From positions 44,184,788-44,248,787 of the forward strand of contig CM120640.1 of NCBI GenBank assembly GCA_051362555.1: a stretch of 64,000 nucleotides of DNA, read 5' to 3'. The notes below the pieces were generated by a model that saw only the letters and a program-made list of their open reading frames with translations, was not told where the DNA came from and searched no databases. Origin of the DNA: Lingula anatina (taxonomy: Eukaryota; Animalia; Brachiopoda). Position 1 is the first letter of the stretch. Each line of letters starts with the position of its first letter. The translations under genes and the position numbers were made by a program. Positions 39,159 to 54,500 of this stretch are shown piece by piece.

Positions 39159-42100
39159 CTTGAAGGTAACGAGGCGTCTCTATGTACGGTGACCAATATA
39201 AAACAAATAACGTCCAATGTTTGTGGTCCGATAAACTAACACACTCCAAGCTCAGTGTCCTCAAGTTAATCCCGTTATCTCCTCACTGCCGTTGTGCTCC
39301 CTAGGTATTCACCGCCGGTCATTTATACCACCTTTACCATAAGTGTGCTGATATCCAGGTATACGGTTCACAGTAACCGGGAGACAAGGCTTCATTGATT
39401 TCACGAATTCGCTCAGAACGGATATATATACGATGACGGTTCAACAACGTCACGATTTTTCTAATTTTTCTTTTCTAAATGCAGCGGTTGCTAATATTGC
39501 GTGATGGCTGTGTATTTGCTGATGTCGGAATTTAAAGAATATATTGGAGTAATGAGACCCATCCAACAGCACCAGGTCTTCGTCTGTATGAAATCTACCC
39601 TCGGCATAAAATTCACCCAAATCTGTTTCCTTCATTTTATTTATACCACGGGGAAAAGGTGGGGAGCTCTGATAAGTCGATTACTTAACAAAGGAAATGT
39701 GGTTATTACCAATCATTACTTTGCGGATAGTAAGGTAGAAGCCATTCACCATATCCTAATTATGAAGCACTTTTAGATAACTCACACCTTAATCAGAAAC
39801 GTAATTGAGAAGAAGCAGTTCCGCTGATTGCTATCTGCACGGTTCAGTGATAACAATCAGGCTCCATCCCCGAAGTAATTCTTGTCAATACCCACTCAAG
39901 CAGACAAATAACTTGACAATTTTACTGTCTCAAACTAGGCTTCTTACATTAGAACAACAGCTCACATATAATTAAATATCTGTTGGAATTAAACCAAAAT
40001 TTAGCAGATTTTCGATTTGCAGACACTTTTCGCGCTTAGGAAACAAATCTAAAATAAGGGGGTAGGGGAAAGCATTCAAAAAAAAAAAAAAAGGAGGAGG
40101 GGTTAATGGGAGAGTGTGGGAGAAAGACAAAAGTACGTATTTGGAATTGGGCATCAGTCGACTAGTCTGGGCCTCGGCGCGCGACGTTATATTTGAACGA
40201 ATGATTCAAGTGTGCATTTTGGCTTACACCCCTGCTTTCAGCCTGCTGTACGAAGGGTGTGTTTGATACCCCCCCCCCCCCCCCCCCCCGCATGCCTTCG
40301 ATGGCGAAGAAAGGAAGAGAGGAGGGAAGGCTGAGGTGTACGTGTGTGTCTGTGTGTGTGTGTGGGGGGGGGGGGGGGGACCGACTTCTAAGCTGTACTT
40401 TTTTCCCGTTACAAATTAGCTGATGTGTAACGAGGTAATTTAGGGTACTGATAACATTGTATGGGTGATTACAAGAATGCATCACCAATAATGTTCAACC
40501 ACAATGTCCAAAACCACATGAAAATGCGTTTTACCGAGATGTACGGTTCGTTTTTGTTACCTTTGAACTCCTAAAGGTTCCATCATTCTGTAGAAGAATG
40601 AATTGACATCGTTTCATGGTTATACATTCTTAATGATAAGAATACAGACCATAAGCGAAGACGAGTTTGGTAATGTTAATTCAATCAAGAAAATGCATTT
40701 TCCCGCATCAGTAGCTGAAATGGCATGTCAAATTCCCAAAACTGCATATTTATATCTATGAAAATTAAAGCCCACATGATCAACCTTGGTTTTTTTCAAG
40801 AACTCGTAAAATAGGACATCACAAACTAAAGGCAGAACTCACGCACTATAGTAAAAAGGTCTAAGGTAAAATGTACTGCATTAGTTATACACTGGAATCT
40901 TTCAATACCAGATCTAGAGATAGGCTGTACAAAATTCTCGATAGACATTATAGAAATGTGCACCGAATCAAACAGAGAAATATATGTGAATATATAAAAA
41001 AGAATCAAAATGTGGACCTGGTGGAGCATACACTGTAATTACGAGAAATTTGTGAGCAAAAACTTCATGCAGCTTAGGTGCTTTCTCTTTCTTTTCCTCT
41101 TTTTTTTTATCATCAATGTGTTTTGTATTAACCACGCAGGTTTCTATATTTTTCTAATGGACTGAATAATCGATCTGATAAGTCAGTTTGATTTTTTTCA
41201 ACTACAGACCTCTAATAGCCATTGTCATCTGCAGTCCTATCTGCTCCCTCTGATCGGTGTAAGAAATGATGCTCCGTGCAACAGTTGAACTAAACGAAGA
41301 GTCCGCATTCCAACAGCTTTACACGGAAAAGGATTAACGGGACGTAGGTGGGTCAAAATTTAGGACGAGCATACCTTTGCAAATCATTGGGAGCTGGGCC
41401 CTGTATTACTTGAAAGCTCGTGCGATATGTGTTGTTTTTGAAATGTTAATCATGGCCAGCAAATCAGAATCCTTTCCTTAAAATTAAAGCTAGATAACTA
41501 GATCTGGATAGACATTTGAAAGTTATTAACACAAAAATTAAAGACTAGTAATATTTACACATGTAGGACCCATCGACGTAACAACTGTTTGTTTCACGGT
41601 TCCTATGGTCAAGGTGGCAAAAATTACTTCCCAGGTCTAATTTAATTGAGTATAGAAAGAAGAAAAAGTGAATTAACAAGTGAAATCTTGTACTTAAAAT
41701 GATCCCAATTAGATAAATCACCTGATTTTATACATTAAAGAGACCGCCAGACGGTCAAAGGGTTCTGCTCTGACCTTTAACATAAGAATTTGTACAGGTG
41801 CTTTTCACGCTCAATTAAGCTTAACATTGAAGGTGGTACTGAAGCCACTTTCTAGCTTATTGTTTTGGACTTGATTGCCAAGTGATTTATCCCTTTCATG
41901 CATTATCGACTCATACTATCTTGTTTTCCAGTCCCCGGGGTTAAATAAAAACGTGTGATGGGTCCCAAATACAGAGGCGCGTTCATACTGTTTACTCCAC
42001 CATTCCGCCCTTTCTAGACGGGCTTCTTGAGAGGTCCTTTATACATAAAACGCTGATGTACCGGGTATCCATTCATACCTCTTATTAATTAATTAATTAA

Positions 42101-44829
42101 TTATTTTATTAATTTATTTTTTATTGATTGATTTATTTTTATTTATTTATTTATTTTTTTTTTTGGGGGGGGGAGGGGTATTATGGCCCAAGACACACTT
42201 CAAGGTGAAAATCGCTGGGTATCAGAATAGGACATGTGACATTTCCCACCTCCATCCCCCCTTAGGGCTCATTTTCAATGTAACTATCGGTCTATGTAGA
42301 TTGATCCAACTCCGCGGGGACTCTCTCTGACAGCAATCAAATTGAATAACGAAAACAATGGAACAAGTTACAATAATGCAAATGTTGCAGGTGTGTCCAT
42401 TTTTGAGAAATGTTTTGACAATGTTCATTCAACGATTTGGATTTATCTAAAAAAATTCTCACACATTCATCAGGAAAATGTACATATAAACATATTTGGT
42501 TATTTTTGTGCCCACCTATTCAGCAATTGTCACGGTAACCACAGCATCCACAAAAAGGTAGAAAAGGATATTTTCATTATGTGCTCCTAGCCTGTATTCC
42601 TCATACCATGCCAGTATTCTCTTACAGTTCATATTCACAATCTAAAAATGCGATTTATTAAGTTATCCCAAAGTAAAAAAAAAGAGAGAAACATGAATGA
42701 TTGCCCTCTTTGCCAACCCACATCTTTCCCGCAAAATACTCAGTTACCATTTTCTTACAAATGGGAGTATAGATAAAAGGCAGTTCAACATTCGCATCCT
42801 TATTACGAACCTAATCCAAAATCATCCATGACAGTTTAGGATCAATACATGTATGATCTGAATTTCTCTGCCGTAGACTTTCTTGACTGATTGAATATGG
42901 GTAGATGAACATCAATACTATACATCTTTGCATGTTTTTTCCCGATGGAACGGCAGGTTTAATCATTTTGACATGATAAATGTACAACACTGTTAAAACG
43001 GGAAATAAGAGGCAAGAACTGTGAACCGCCGACAAGAAGTAAAATTCAATTTTCTAACACCGAAACACAGAAACGCCTGGCAACCTGTATGAAAGCATAG
43101 TTTCACATCACGTTCATGTCGGCTTTCAACAAAAGCGTTTCGATTTTAAATGCAGAAGGCTAGACAATTTATGGTTGCTTCTAATCCCCTGCTATGCTGA
43201 AATTTGCACCTAGTGAGCCGATGTGGACGGCGAGGCTGTGGTTTGTATCGTGCTAGGACGCAACGCTTGTCGATTGACCGTTTCAGTAAAGCGCACACAA
43301 TCATCAATCTTTAAATCATCAATTACTTTTAATTCTTTAAGAACTTACTCTCCGGTCTTTAATTGTTCTCTTCAATACTTCATTGTTTTGTCTTTTGTGA
43401 TAATTTAATTGTACAATCCAACTGCTCTTAGTTTCGAGAAAAAATACTATCACTACCACGTGTATGATATTACGAGTTGGTCGTAATTCGAGTATCCTTC
43501 TCACAAGAAATTTGTATTTATTAGCTTCATTAATAACTTTTTCAGATTTCTCATTTCAGTGATCAGTGACTATCAAGGGTCATTGAATCTACACTTTACC
43601 AAATGTTGACCTAGCATTTGTTGAGATGCATGTGTGAATCTTCAATTTTGCGTGTTTTACCTTTAAACATACTCGACACCACTGGCGTTTCAAATGGACT
43701 GTTCGTTTTATTTTACTTTTCATTTTGACTAAACAGTGCACGCAAAGTTGTCTGTGCAAATTTTTTTACGACTGAAAAAAATGGACCAACTTTGAAATAA
43801 TTATCTTCTGTTGCAGTTTTCACTTAGGTTTAAATACGAGAAATTGTGTAATTTTTAGAAGGGGTCACAATTTCATAATAAAGAAAGGTAAGAAAGAGTT
43901 TTTAAAAAAATGAAAATAAGATTATATTTGCAAGAATACAGTGAACGTTCCCTAGGACTCTTCAAACTGGATCCTAGTCCTAGCCTCACCTAGATTCGTG
44001 CATCTGTTCAACTCTATGGAAGTTAAACACATAAAAGCAGCACAGACACAATACGCCTACAGTCTCTAAATCCCTCAGAATAAAACAGGGAAGGCTGATC
44101 AATCTTGGGCTAAGTAATTGGTTGACAGTTTCCTTGAAACGTAGTGTAATACTGACTTTCTATCAGCCTGGTATTCACTAACCGTGATTGGTTTGTGCAA
44201 GCAGGTGAATCACCTCTATGGTTTGTGGGTAGGAAACTTGACGAACATTTCACAAGTACAAGGAGGGGAGGCACATGGAATTTGTATTCGTTTTGTAAGC
44301 TTCATTGACAAATTCTTCAAATTTCCATGCCAGTGATCAATGACACTAAAGAGTCATACCATCAAAAGTCACCAAGTCTCCACAAGCAAATACACATTGT
44401 TTAGTACAGTACGTCGTGGTTAACCTAAATTATATATAATACACGAAAGTTTCATTTTTCTTGAAAATACTCCCTCTTGTCACGAATGAAGAAACCAACC
44501 ATGTTAGCTACACTCGTAGCATGGTTTTTCAAATGTCCTCTTTCGTAAATTAACAGCTATTATTCACTGCCCTCTACCAACAGGTAGAGATATAAACGGA
44601 TAGCTACAATAACATCTTACTGATCATTATGCAAATAATGTACTAGTTTCTGATCGAATCTTTAAGGCTGGCATTTAATTTCCTTTGCTTCTTGTCTGCA
44701 AATGATGATGCTCTGATACATGCTAATTTGATTTTTTTGCATCTAAAACTGATTTTCCAAACAACCAGGTCTGCTTTACTTGCAGAGACTGTTATTTTGT
44801 TTTGTTCTAGTGAAATTCTTCACTTAATG

Positions 44830-47800
44830 CTAAGATTCCATTGATTCTACAGCATCCTCAGCATCTGAATCACTTTCAAAGTCATCCATTTCAGCTCCTT
44901 CTTCTTCCTCATCTTCATCTTCACCTAGAGGCAGATAATGATCAATGTATAGGAAAGGAAGCATGCAAAATAAAATTCATCTAACCTTGGTGTGTAAGAG
45001 ACTATAAAGAAAAAAAATATATATATATATAAGTTATAAGATATATTTTCTGACAGACTTCAAAACTATCTTTGTTGATCCACCCTCTATCTTTGACTGT
45101 CTTCCAACAGAAAAAATAATGTAGATACCCGCCAATGCAAAATTGAAACTCTGACCATCTTCTGGAAGACCCAGAAGACAGCCTTAATCTGCCCCTGAAT
45201 TATATTAAATGTTTTAATACACTAAAACAATCCAGCTAAAGCTGACATATGGACAGACAACCTATAATTTGGAAACAGGGAGGAGTGACAAATAGTCTAA
45301 TACAAATTTTGGGCCTGGACACCCAGCCCCTAACTGAAAATGCAGGAGAAAATTTTTGAAAGAATTATTTAAACAAATTATAATAACAATCCAATCAAGC
45401 TGGTTTTTACACTCAAACTGTATATGTATCACCCATGTTGCCAGCATCTTCAAAAGGAATGTGGACCCTCTCACTTGAAAAATGACATGGCATATACATC
45501 AAATTTTTATTCAGAATGAACATATGGACATACTGACCAAACCAAAAAGTCTGTAAAGTTTTTTATAATATAACACCTAAACCTAAATGCAATGTCCTCC
45601 AAAAAAAACATCAAAAGTTGCAATACTGTTGTCACGGTGCATTAAAAAATCTGATTGATGTATTCTTTTTTTTTTTTTTTGACTGATCAGAAATCCGCAA
45701 TTGTGTCACGGATCAATATCAAATGTTTGATGATGCTATCATTGGTCAAAATTATACTTTATCAGATCTCGAATTCCCAGACATTAGACCATAATCTAGG
45801 CTAATTATATAATTTAGTAATTTACTAACCTGGACCAAGTTCTTGTAACAGTTCTTGAATGTGAGACAGCATTGGCTTGTCACTACAGGAAACCTTTTTC
45901 GATAACTGAAGAGCAAATTTTAATGTAACATGAATATAACTATCTATAGAAATACATCCTCCATGTCAAAATAATTTCAAGTTTTGTTCAATTTTCACCC
46001 AAATAAGCTACATGATATTAGTAATTGAATAATATGTCAGACAGGAAACATAGGTGACAACTCCACTGTGTATATCTGGGTTATTCCAAGGCAAGTCCGA
46101 ATTTTGCAAATATTACACAAAGTGTGTGCATCACTGACATAAATCAAAATTTCACTTTTGTGAGGAATGATTCTTGTTCTACTGGTGATAGTGTCATCCT
46201 GGGGAGAATACATTGAAGCAATCCAGATGGTTCAGACTTCTAAACTTAAACCCAAAGGCGATTTCTCAAATACTGGATTAACAAAAGATACCAGTTGCCA
46301 CACAAAGAAAAGGGACACGAAAGGTAGGGGTTAGATACCTGTTAGAATAAACTGTTATGGATGCTTAAATGAATTTTTTTGCTATTACAGTGTGTCCTAA
46401 TGAAGGGGATTCAAATAATTGTGCCTGTACATAAGGATCAAGGCTATGTATTCCTGTGAGTTGACTGACCTTGTCTGCCTTATCCAGGTAATACCTGGCA
46501 TTCCCTTTATAGTCCTCTCCCTGCAGGTAATTCAACCAGCCAAGTAAATACCACACCTGAAATCAAGACACATCATTTGGTTTACAACCAGTTCATTCTA
46601 TTCATGTGCACAGTATGCCGAAGTTTCTGCTTGTGCCTAGATATCCATTGTAAAGTAAAATACGCAAAACTTGGTTCAACCTACAACCCTTTCTGCTCTA
46701 GTTTTAAAATTTTCTATTCCTTTTTTGTCAAAAAGTTTGGCTTGATTCTACAATTGCCCTGTACATACACACCTGTATCACATCTTCATCCTCATCTAAA
46801 AGCCCCTCTAGTATTTCGCTTGCAAGCTGCAAATTAATCAAATTTTGAGATAGCAAATTACCTGACTACTAGTTTTTTCCTATTTAGTAGTTGTCTATTG
46901 ATATTATGTATCTCTGACTGTAAATCTACAGTCTAGGAGAACAATGGTCTGTTCTATTCATACTGTTACATTTCTTTGGTAGTCACAGAATTAAACCAAC
47001 TTTTGAGCTAGTTTTCTCACACTTACATCATAACTTTCTGTTTCTATCAGTATTTGTGACGCATTGATTCTTGCTGAATAGTTAATTGGGGCAACCTGTC
47101 AAAAAATTAATAGTAATGCTATATAACATAGTCCATTCATACTTTTTAAATATTACAAAATTGTTATAAACTACAAAAACAACAAAGTGTTAAAACCATT
47201 CTTAAAATATTTTCTAGTTATTACACACATTACTTTACTTTAATTTTCCCTACAATTGACACCCATTTCCTTGGTTTAATCATGGATAAATCACTTTCCA
47301 TTTCTGTGAAGTTAGACAGCAAATAAACCACTTTCTGGAGGCTTTTACCACATTTCACTTAATTGTTATAAAAGCTGGGCTTTTACCACATTTCACTTAA
47401 TTGTTATAAAAGCTGGACTACTTGGGTGGACAACTATCCATCCATCCATCTTCTATGGGTCTTTACTTGTTCCCACTCGTACATTCTTTATGATATAGAT
47501 ATGGTACAGATTGGATTGCACACACCTCTGCGGGATCTTGCAGTAATGTTTCATTTTCCTTTCCTTTCATCTTCGGTAGCCACAAAGAGACACTCTTTTC
47601 TATCATCTTACGTGCTTCCTGTAATAAATCAAAAAAGTATTAAAATGTTGGTCAATTCCCATTAAGGTCTGATCGGGAAGTCCAACAACAGGACAGAAAC
47701 AGTTCGATTTTATCAGTCAGTGCCAGTAACCAAAACAGAAATATTTTATTAAATTAAATTTTATGTAACAAGATGTGATTATTATAAAAGTGAAATGGAG

Positions 47801-50800
47801 AATAATGTCACAGACTGTAAAAGAGACTACTGAAACCTACCTCCCTATCCTCTTTAGAAAGGAAAAAACTGGCCATAAGCTGATAAGCTTCTGCATTGGT
47901 ATCATCTGAAGATATGGCTTTCTCTATATTGGTCCTGCATTTTTCTTCAGCAGCCTCCTCAAAACTATTTAACAGAAATTGTTTATCATAATTTTTGTTT
48001 AAAGACAAGTAAGTGTACTAAACAATTAAATGGCACAGAAAAAAAAATATTGAAATTTCATTTATTTTTCCTCAAACACCAGGGCATACCTTATCCAAAT
48101 CTGTTGAAAAATAATAATCCACTGTCTTATTTTTCAGCACCAAGTTTAATTTTTAGCATCACTGGTGAAATTCACCAGTTTTTAATCGCATTATGGCCTT
48201 TACATATGCATATGGATGAATTTCTGATGAGAATTGAAATTTTCTTAAAGCACTGCTAAGATGCAGGCTAGTGAAACTAAGACAGGGAGCAAGACAAAAA
48301 TTATAATCACTTATTACACGCTTTCTGTTGAAATAAAGTATCCAAACTAACTTCATTCAAATCTACCATATGAGAGAGATCAAATAACAAGGCAGCAAAG
48401 CTGTCAAATGTACAGACAAAAAGCAGGAAATAACAAAATAGGCTACTGTCAATTCTGATGCAAAAGTACATTATGTTAAACTGCAAATTCAACATCAAAT
48501 TTTAATTATGCTCAACAGGTAATACCAATGTAAGTAAAATGTGAAACAAGCATAAGGCTTCAGGCCCATGGGAGTTCAAGTTCACACTTTGAAAATGTAA
48601 AACTTCCAGAAAAAGAAGTCAATTAGACTGCTTTTCCAACTCAGGCTGCATTTTAGTCCTGTATTTCTTTTTTGAAAGTTTGGCAATCATAAGTAACATG
48701 GTTTTCCCATAATGGTCATCATGGCAGCAGCACCAAAAATTGTGTTTTCTTCTATTCTGATGCAATATTACATAATGGTTAACAGCATAATGACAATCAA
48801 TTTTTAATAACAAAATATATGTATCATGGATTTTCAGAAAATGTGACTAGCCTGGGTCTTCAAGCCTGTGAAACTTCAAAGTCACACCTTGAAAATGCCA
48901 ATATGTGAAAAATTAAATTTTCACAAAAAAAAAACTGTTTAACTAGCAGAAAGAATTACCAAACAGACTGCATTGCCTACTGAAGCTGTATTTTAGTCCC
49001 ATGTTTCTTTCCTGTAAGTTTGAGAACAGTAAGTGACATGGTTTTTCTTAAAAGGTAATCATGGGAGCATTGCCCAAAATAGGTTTTTTTCAAATTTTGA
49101 TGCAATATTACATAATGTTTAACAGCATAATGACCATCAATTTTTAATAATAAAATATTAGTATCATGGATATTCAGAAAATGTGACTAGCAAAGGTCTT
49201 CAGGCCCATGGAACTTCAAAGTCACACCGTGAAAATGCCAAAATGTAAACAAGACAGCACTGTTCTGAAATGTTTTTTTCCCCATTTTTATCAATTTTTA
49301 ACATAAAACAAAATTAACAGTTTACTGCCATTTTTATATGATCAACTAAGAAAATTGATGAGATGAGAAAAGTATCAATAGAGCAGTGTTAAATGTCCAA
49401 TTTCTTCCATTCTGAGATTCTGAACATAGTGAATGATTGAATCTGACAAACTGCAATGATATGAGTTTATTTCCATTTTTGAAACTTTATTACACAATAC
49501 ACGATAACATGTTTACCATCATTTTTACAAAATCAACTAACAATGTTGTAAAGATGCAGGAAATGTCAAACAAACACTTTCACGTATCTTATTAGTTTAA
49601 TAATGAGACTGTTAACATGCCTAAAAACTGAATCTGAGGAAATGTGAAAAAACAGCATACCTTCTACAATAATGGCACGATTATGCTGATTTACGAACTC
49701 AACCTGCATTTTAGTAAAATTGACCACTCCTGTGACTTTCATGACAATTGGCCCATCTGTTTTTCTTATATTGTGTTTACAGTGTTGCATATATGCTGAA
49801 AAGCGAAAAAACAGCATAACTACTAAAATAGTGGCCCGATCATACCGATTTTCGAACTTGATCTGCGTTTTAGTAAGACTGATTACACCTGTGAGTTTCA
49901 TGACAACAGGCCTATCGGTTTTCCTTGAAATATGTTAACAGTGTTGCATATATGCTAAAAAGTGAAAAAACAGCATAAATTCTACAATAATGGCCCGATC
50001 ATGCTGATTTTCGAACTTGACCTGTGTTTTATGAATATTAGTCAGCTCTGTAAATATAAAGCCAAAAAGTAAAACTGTCTTCCACTTATGGTGTTAACGC
50101 TGAAAGTGCACGGCGACGGCGACGGCGACATGATCGGCGACGACAGACGCAGGTGATGGCAATATGTACAGACACATCTGTGTCTGTACATAAAAAGATT
50201 ACAATTCACAGTAGAAGTACAGAAGTATATCTTTTCCATTTTCTAAACTTTCAGCTGACAACAACAACAACAATGTAGGTTCAAGGGGAATTGCATTCAA
50301 AAGTTGTCAATTCTACTGTCTGGATAGAAAGCTTAACTGTTTGAGTGAAAGCCTCTGGTGCAGGGTTCAATTCTGTGGTACCTGCTGTCTCTGCACTTAG
50401 TATTCAACATGTAGAGAATGGATGGTAGTTGTGAATGATAATTCCAAGCATCACATATGCCCCTGCTTGGGCTGTATGCTCCCCAAGGAAGTGAGAAAGA
50501 TTTAAGATTGAACAGATCCATAAAGACCAGACATGAATTGCAAAAAGCCAGGAATTATCAGATTTTAACCAAACCCATACATTGTACAATGTTATTGTTA
50601 CAAGTTGCAATAAATATATATCATTATAATTATTATTGTCTGACAGGCATAAAGTGCTATTACTCACCAGCAATCAGTCATATATATTTCAGCTATAGAA
50701 CAATAGGCTGTGGAAATATCTTTACTTGATACCATTTCATCCCCAGAACCAGAGAATGCTGCAGACACCTACATGAAACAGGAATTTGGTTACATATAAT

Positions 50801-51490
50801 AAGAGTGTAGATCATAACCCATTATAATACATCTAACAGCAGAGCTTGCTAAACTCCACTAACATCACAATCATTACGGATAACCCCTGATTTGCTACTT
50901 ACATGTACCCCCTGAAATTCTCAAAATATAAAACAAAGTCTTAAGAGCCTTGTAACATTGCAAAGCAAGACCAACAGGTAGTAATGTTCCAATAAAATGC
51001 TACTTTGTTTCCATTCAAACCATGCCTCTTCCAAAATTTCAACTGGCCATGTTTAGAAGGGTTGCCTGATACACATTCTGATAACAGGTAGGCTTGTAAA
51101 CAGTTTTAGTGCTATTGTAATCAAAAATAGTTGCTCTGAGCATTAAACTTCTTCTTTTTCCTTTTTTTTTTTTACAGTGAGACAGCAGTCTGTATTGGTC
51201 ACAACTTTTATCCTGTCATTAACAAGATTTCATCAGGAAAATTGGCATGCAGGTCAACATTTGTTAATGAGTTATGAGCCCCTGATTACGATGTTCCATT
51301 AAACAAAGGTATTTTTTGCCTTCATAAAAACAAAACTTGAACTAAGCCTTTCAAGAATAATCACTGGCATAGATTTGCAGTACTCGATGGTGTGGCATTA
51401 AAGTGGCATTGAAAGGGTGTTCATAGGTGCTTGGGTGAAGGAGATATATGAGAAACCACTTTTGTGGTCCCCACCCCCTTCCAATACATT

Positions 51491-51524
<34 letters not shown>

Positions 51525-54500
51525 CACACAAAGCAATTATGACACCATGTGTAAAATGCCATATGTGTAGGTGCAAAGAAATCAAGTCGGTGAATACAGT
51601 ATAAATATTCATCTATTATCAAAAAGACAACTGCACACAAAAGCAGTGACATAGGTGGTTTCGTCTAACCATGCTGATACAGGAAGAATCTTTGTGAGTT
51701 AGGTCTGCACATATATCTCGGTTACATATCTCTCGTGGATCAATACTTGGTAGGAGGTAGTAATATGAGGAAATGTTTCTCAGTTTGTAACAGAGACTAA
51801 TTGCAACCCTGCCTGGTATGGACATGCAAAGACACTTGTTAGGCGGATGTATATGTTTCTAAATACATCAAAATAATCTGTGTATGTCCATAAAATTGGA
51901 ATTTTCTTTTTGAGTTCAAGCATCACTATTCTATCACTGAAACAATTTGCCTCAAAGTACTTGATTAAAATCAAGAACAAGGAAATGCCCAGAAAAATTA
52001 ATTACTATGCAAATAAAGCAAGACAGCAGCCAGTACAAGCAAATTGTTTTGCTCAGTAAGAATATATGAAATACTGTAAAGAATAGAAAACAATCCAAAA
52101 TCAATTTATCCCACCTCTCTCTGCTGCTGCTGTTGCAGCTCATTTGTCATCAAGTCAATGCCCTTTTGAAAACACTGCACAGCTTCTGCGCCTTCAAACA
52201 ACTGACCCAAATACATGTACTTGGCATGGCCTTTGTCTGGCGATAACTCAACTGCTCTTCCAAAGCACTGGGAACAGCTGTTAAGGTGTTATTTAAAAAT
52301 ACTACAATCAAACTGAATATATACCCTTCTTTGCACAATTAATAATAAGAAGAAGAAGAAGAAGAAGCAGAATAGTAATAATAACAAAATGAAATAAATA
52401 AAACTGTAAAAAAAATTACATACATAAATACACTGACCAAAACTTCCAACGCAACACTTGGGTTTATTGCAACACATGTCATTTGCTTACACTAAATTTA
52501 ACAATACATAACAAAGATTCCTATCAAAAACAACGTTTCAGAGTCAGGAATGAAGAACTGATTATTCCTGGATTCAAATTCATTGCATCACTTGAAGGCA
52601 CAATTCTGGATCACCAAAGTCAGTATCTTGTATAACCTCCTCTGGCGTCACACACAGCCTGGATTCCGTGATGCATGGAGTCGATCAACTGCCAAATTTC
52701 AGCCTGTGTGATCAGGTCCCATTTCTCCTGGAGTGCTTAACGCAACTGTAAGACTATGGCCGTATCTGGATCACGCCACCTATCCCAAAGATGTCCTATA
52801 GGGTTTAAATCTGGGGAATAGTACAATACAATCATTGGTGCTTCCTGTTTCATTATACCAACTCCAGAGACATGATATGGTTGACACATGGATGCCAAGG
52901 TTCCTTGACACACATCTTTGTGACATTCCGCCAGTGAACATACCAACGGCTCGCTCTTGCTGATTTTGACCTGGGCGCGGCATGGTCACACGTTGACCCA
53001 GGACAATGGAAAGGAATATTAAAGTTGCCCATCGCAACAGCTATTTATTGACCAAATTCTGGAAGGATTGGTCAGAGTTCTACTGAACCTGAGAGGATAG
53101 GCAAAATTCTAAACATCGTGCAATCAAGGGAAACAAGCTGCCCACACGACAAAATCAAAACAATTTTCTGAGCTTTTCAGGTATAGTTGATGTATCATGA
53201 CTCTAAACCAATATCCCATTTTATGTACACCAAATATTTCTAAATTGTATGTGTTGCGTTGGAAGTTTTGGTTAGTATATGCAAAATATTTTAAACATTC
53301 TCATCCAGTTTCCGCTTATATGGAGGCTACGGTGTAAATTATAACAAATCACTGGCTATTGCTTAACCAATATAATTTCAACGACTGCAAAGGATACTTT
53401 TTTTGCACCTTCAGAATCCCCCAGTTCCAACAGGAGTGTTCCTGAAGTCTCAAGTACTCTCAAATTGTCTGGATCCAACTCCAGGGCTCTCTGGCAAAAC
53501 TTCTGGGCAAGTTCATAATTAAAGGTATCTATGCATTCTTGGGCCTAAAATAAAACAAAAAACATGACGTTTTGTCAATAACATACTGCCAGGCCATGCC
53601 TAATTGAAAAAGGCATGACTCTTTAATAAAATGGGAAATAAAAACCATGCTTTGGCATAATTCAAACCAAAAATTATATTTGTTTTTTTTTTTAATTCAC
53701 TGCGTTATTAAATATTACAGATATTAATATCCCTGAACACAGGCAATGTCTCTTCAATCCTTGTCAATTTCATTAATTTATTTCAGAGTTATATTAACTC
53801 TTTCAGACTGAGTTAGGGCATGTGTACAGATATTAGGTAATGGATACAAGAACATTTTCATTTCTAAATTCCAAACACTGATATGAATAACATGGTCACT
53901 GACTTAAATATTCATCATACCTTGTCAAGCAGCTGATCAATCCCATATTTTGATGAAGAATTCTCCTTCTTTGTTACTTCTGATGGCTCCTCTGGAAGCT
54001 CATTTTCACACTCTACCTTATCTGGTTTTGGTCCTGTAAAAGGAATACAGTACCCTAGGTAATCAACATTCTATTTATTGTACAACAAACCACAAATTCA
54101 AAATATGAGGCGGCCAAAAATAGAGACCACAGGTAACAGTTTCCAAAAAGCAGGTAAAGCAGCTATCTGACTGATTCTGCTATCTAGAACTGCTTGTGAT
54201 CTGCTTGCTAGAAACAAAACATCATTAGCTAATTGGCCCATCAACAGACCAGCAGTTTATCAAAACTCACAGAATGTACAGCTAGTTAGTCCACCAACAG
54301 GCCTAGTAGCTAAGTGAAAGGAAGACAGCCAACCTAACCACAGCACGCTCGGCTGTCACCTTGATTGGATAGTAAACGATTGTCGTAAAATCGCTAAATG
54401 ATATTAAAACCGGGTGCATAAACTTGAAAACCACCTACAACAACCTTGGACTACCACATTAATCCAATACAATGCAAAAATAAACTATAACAAGTGGTTA

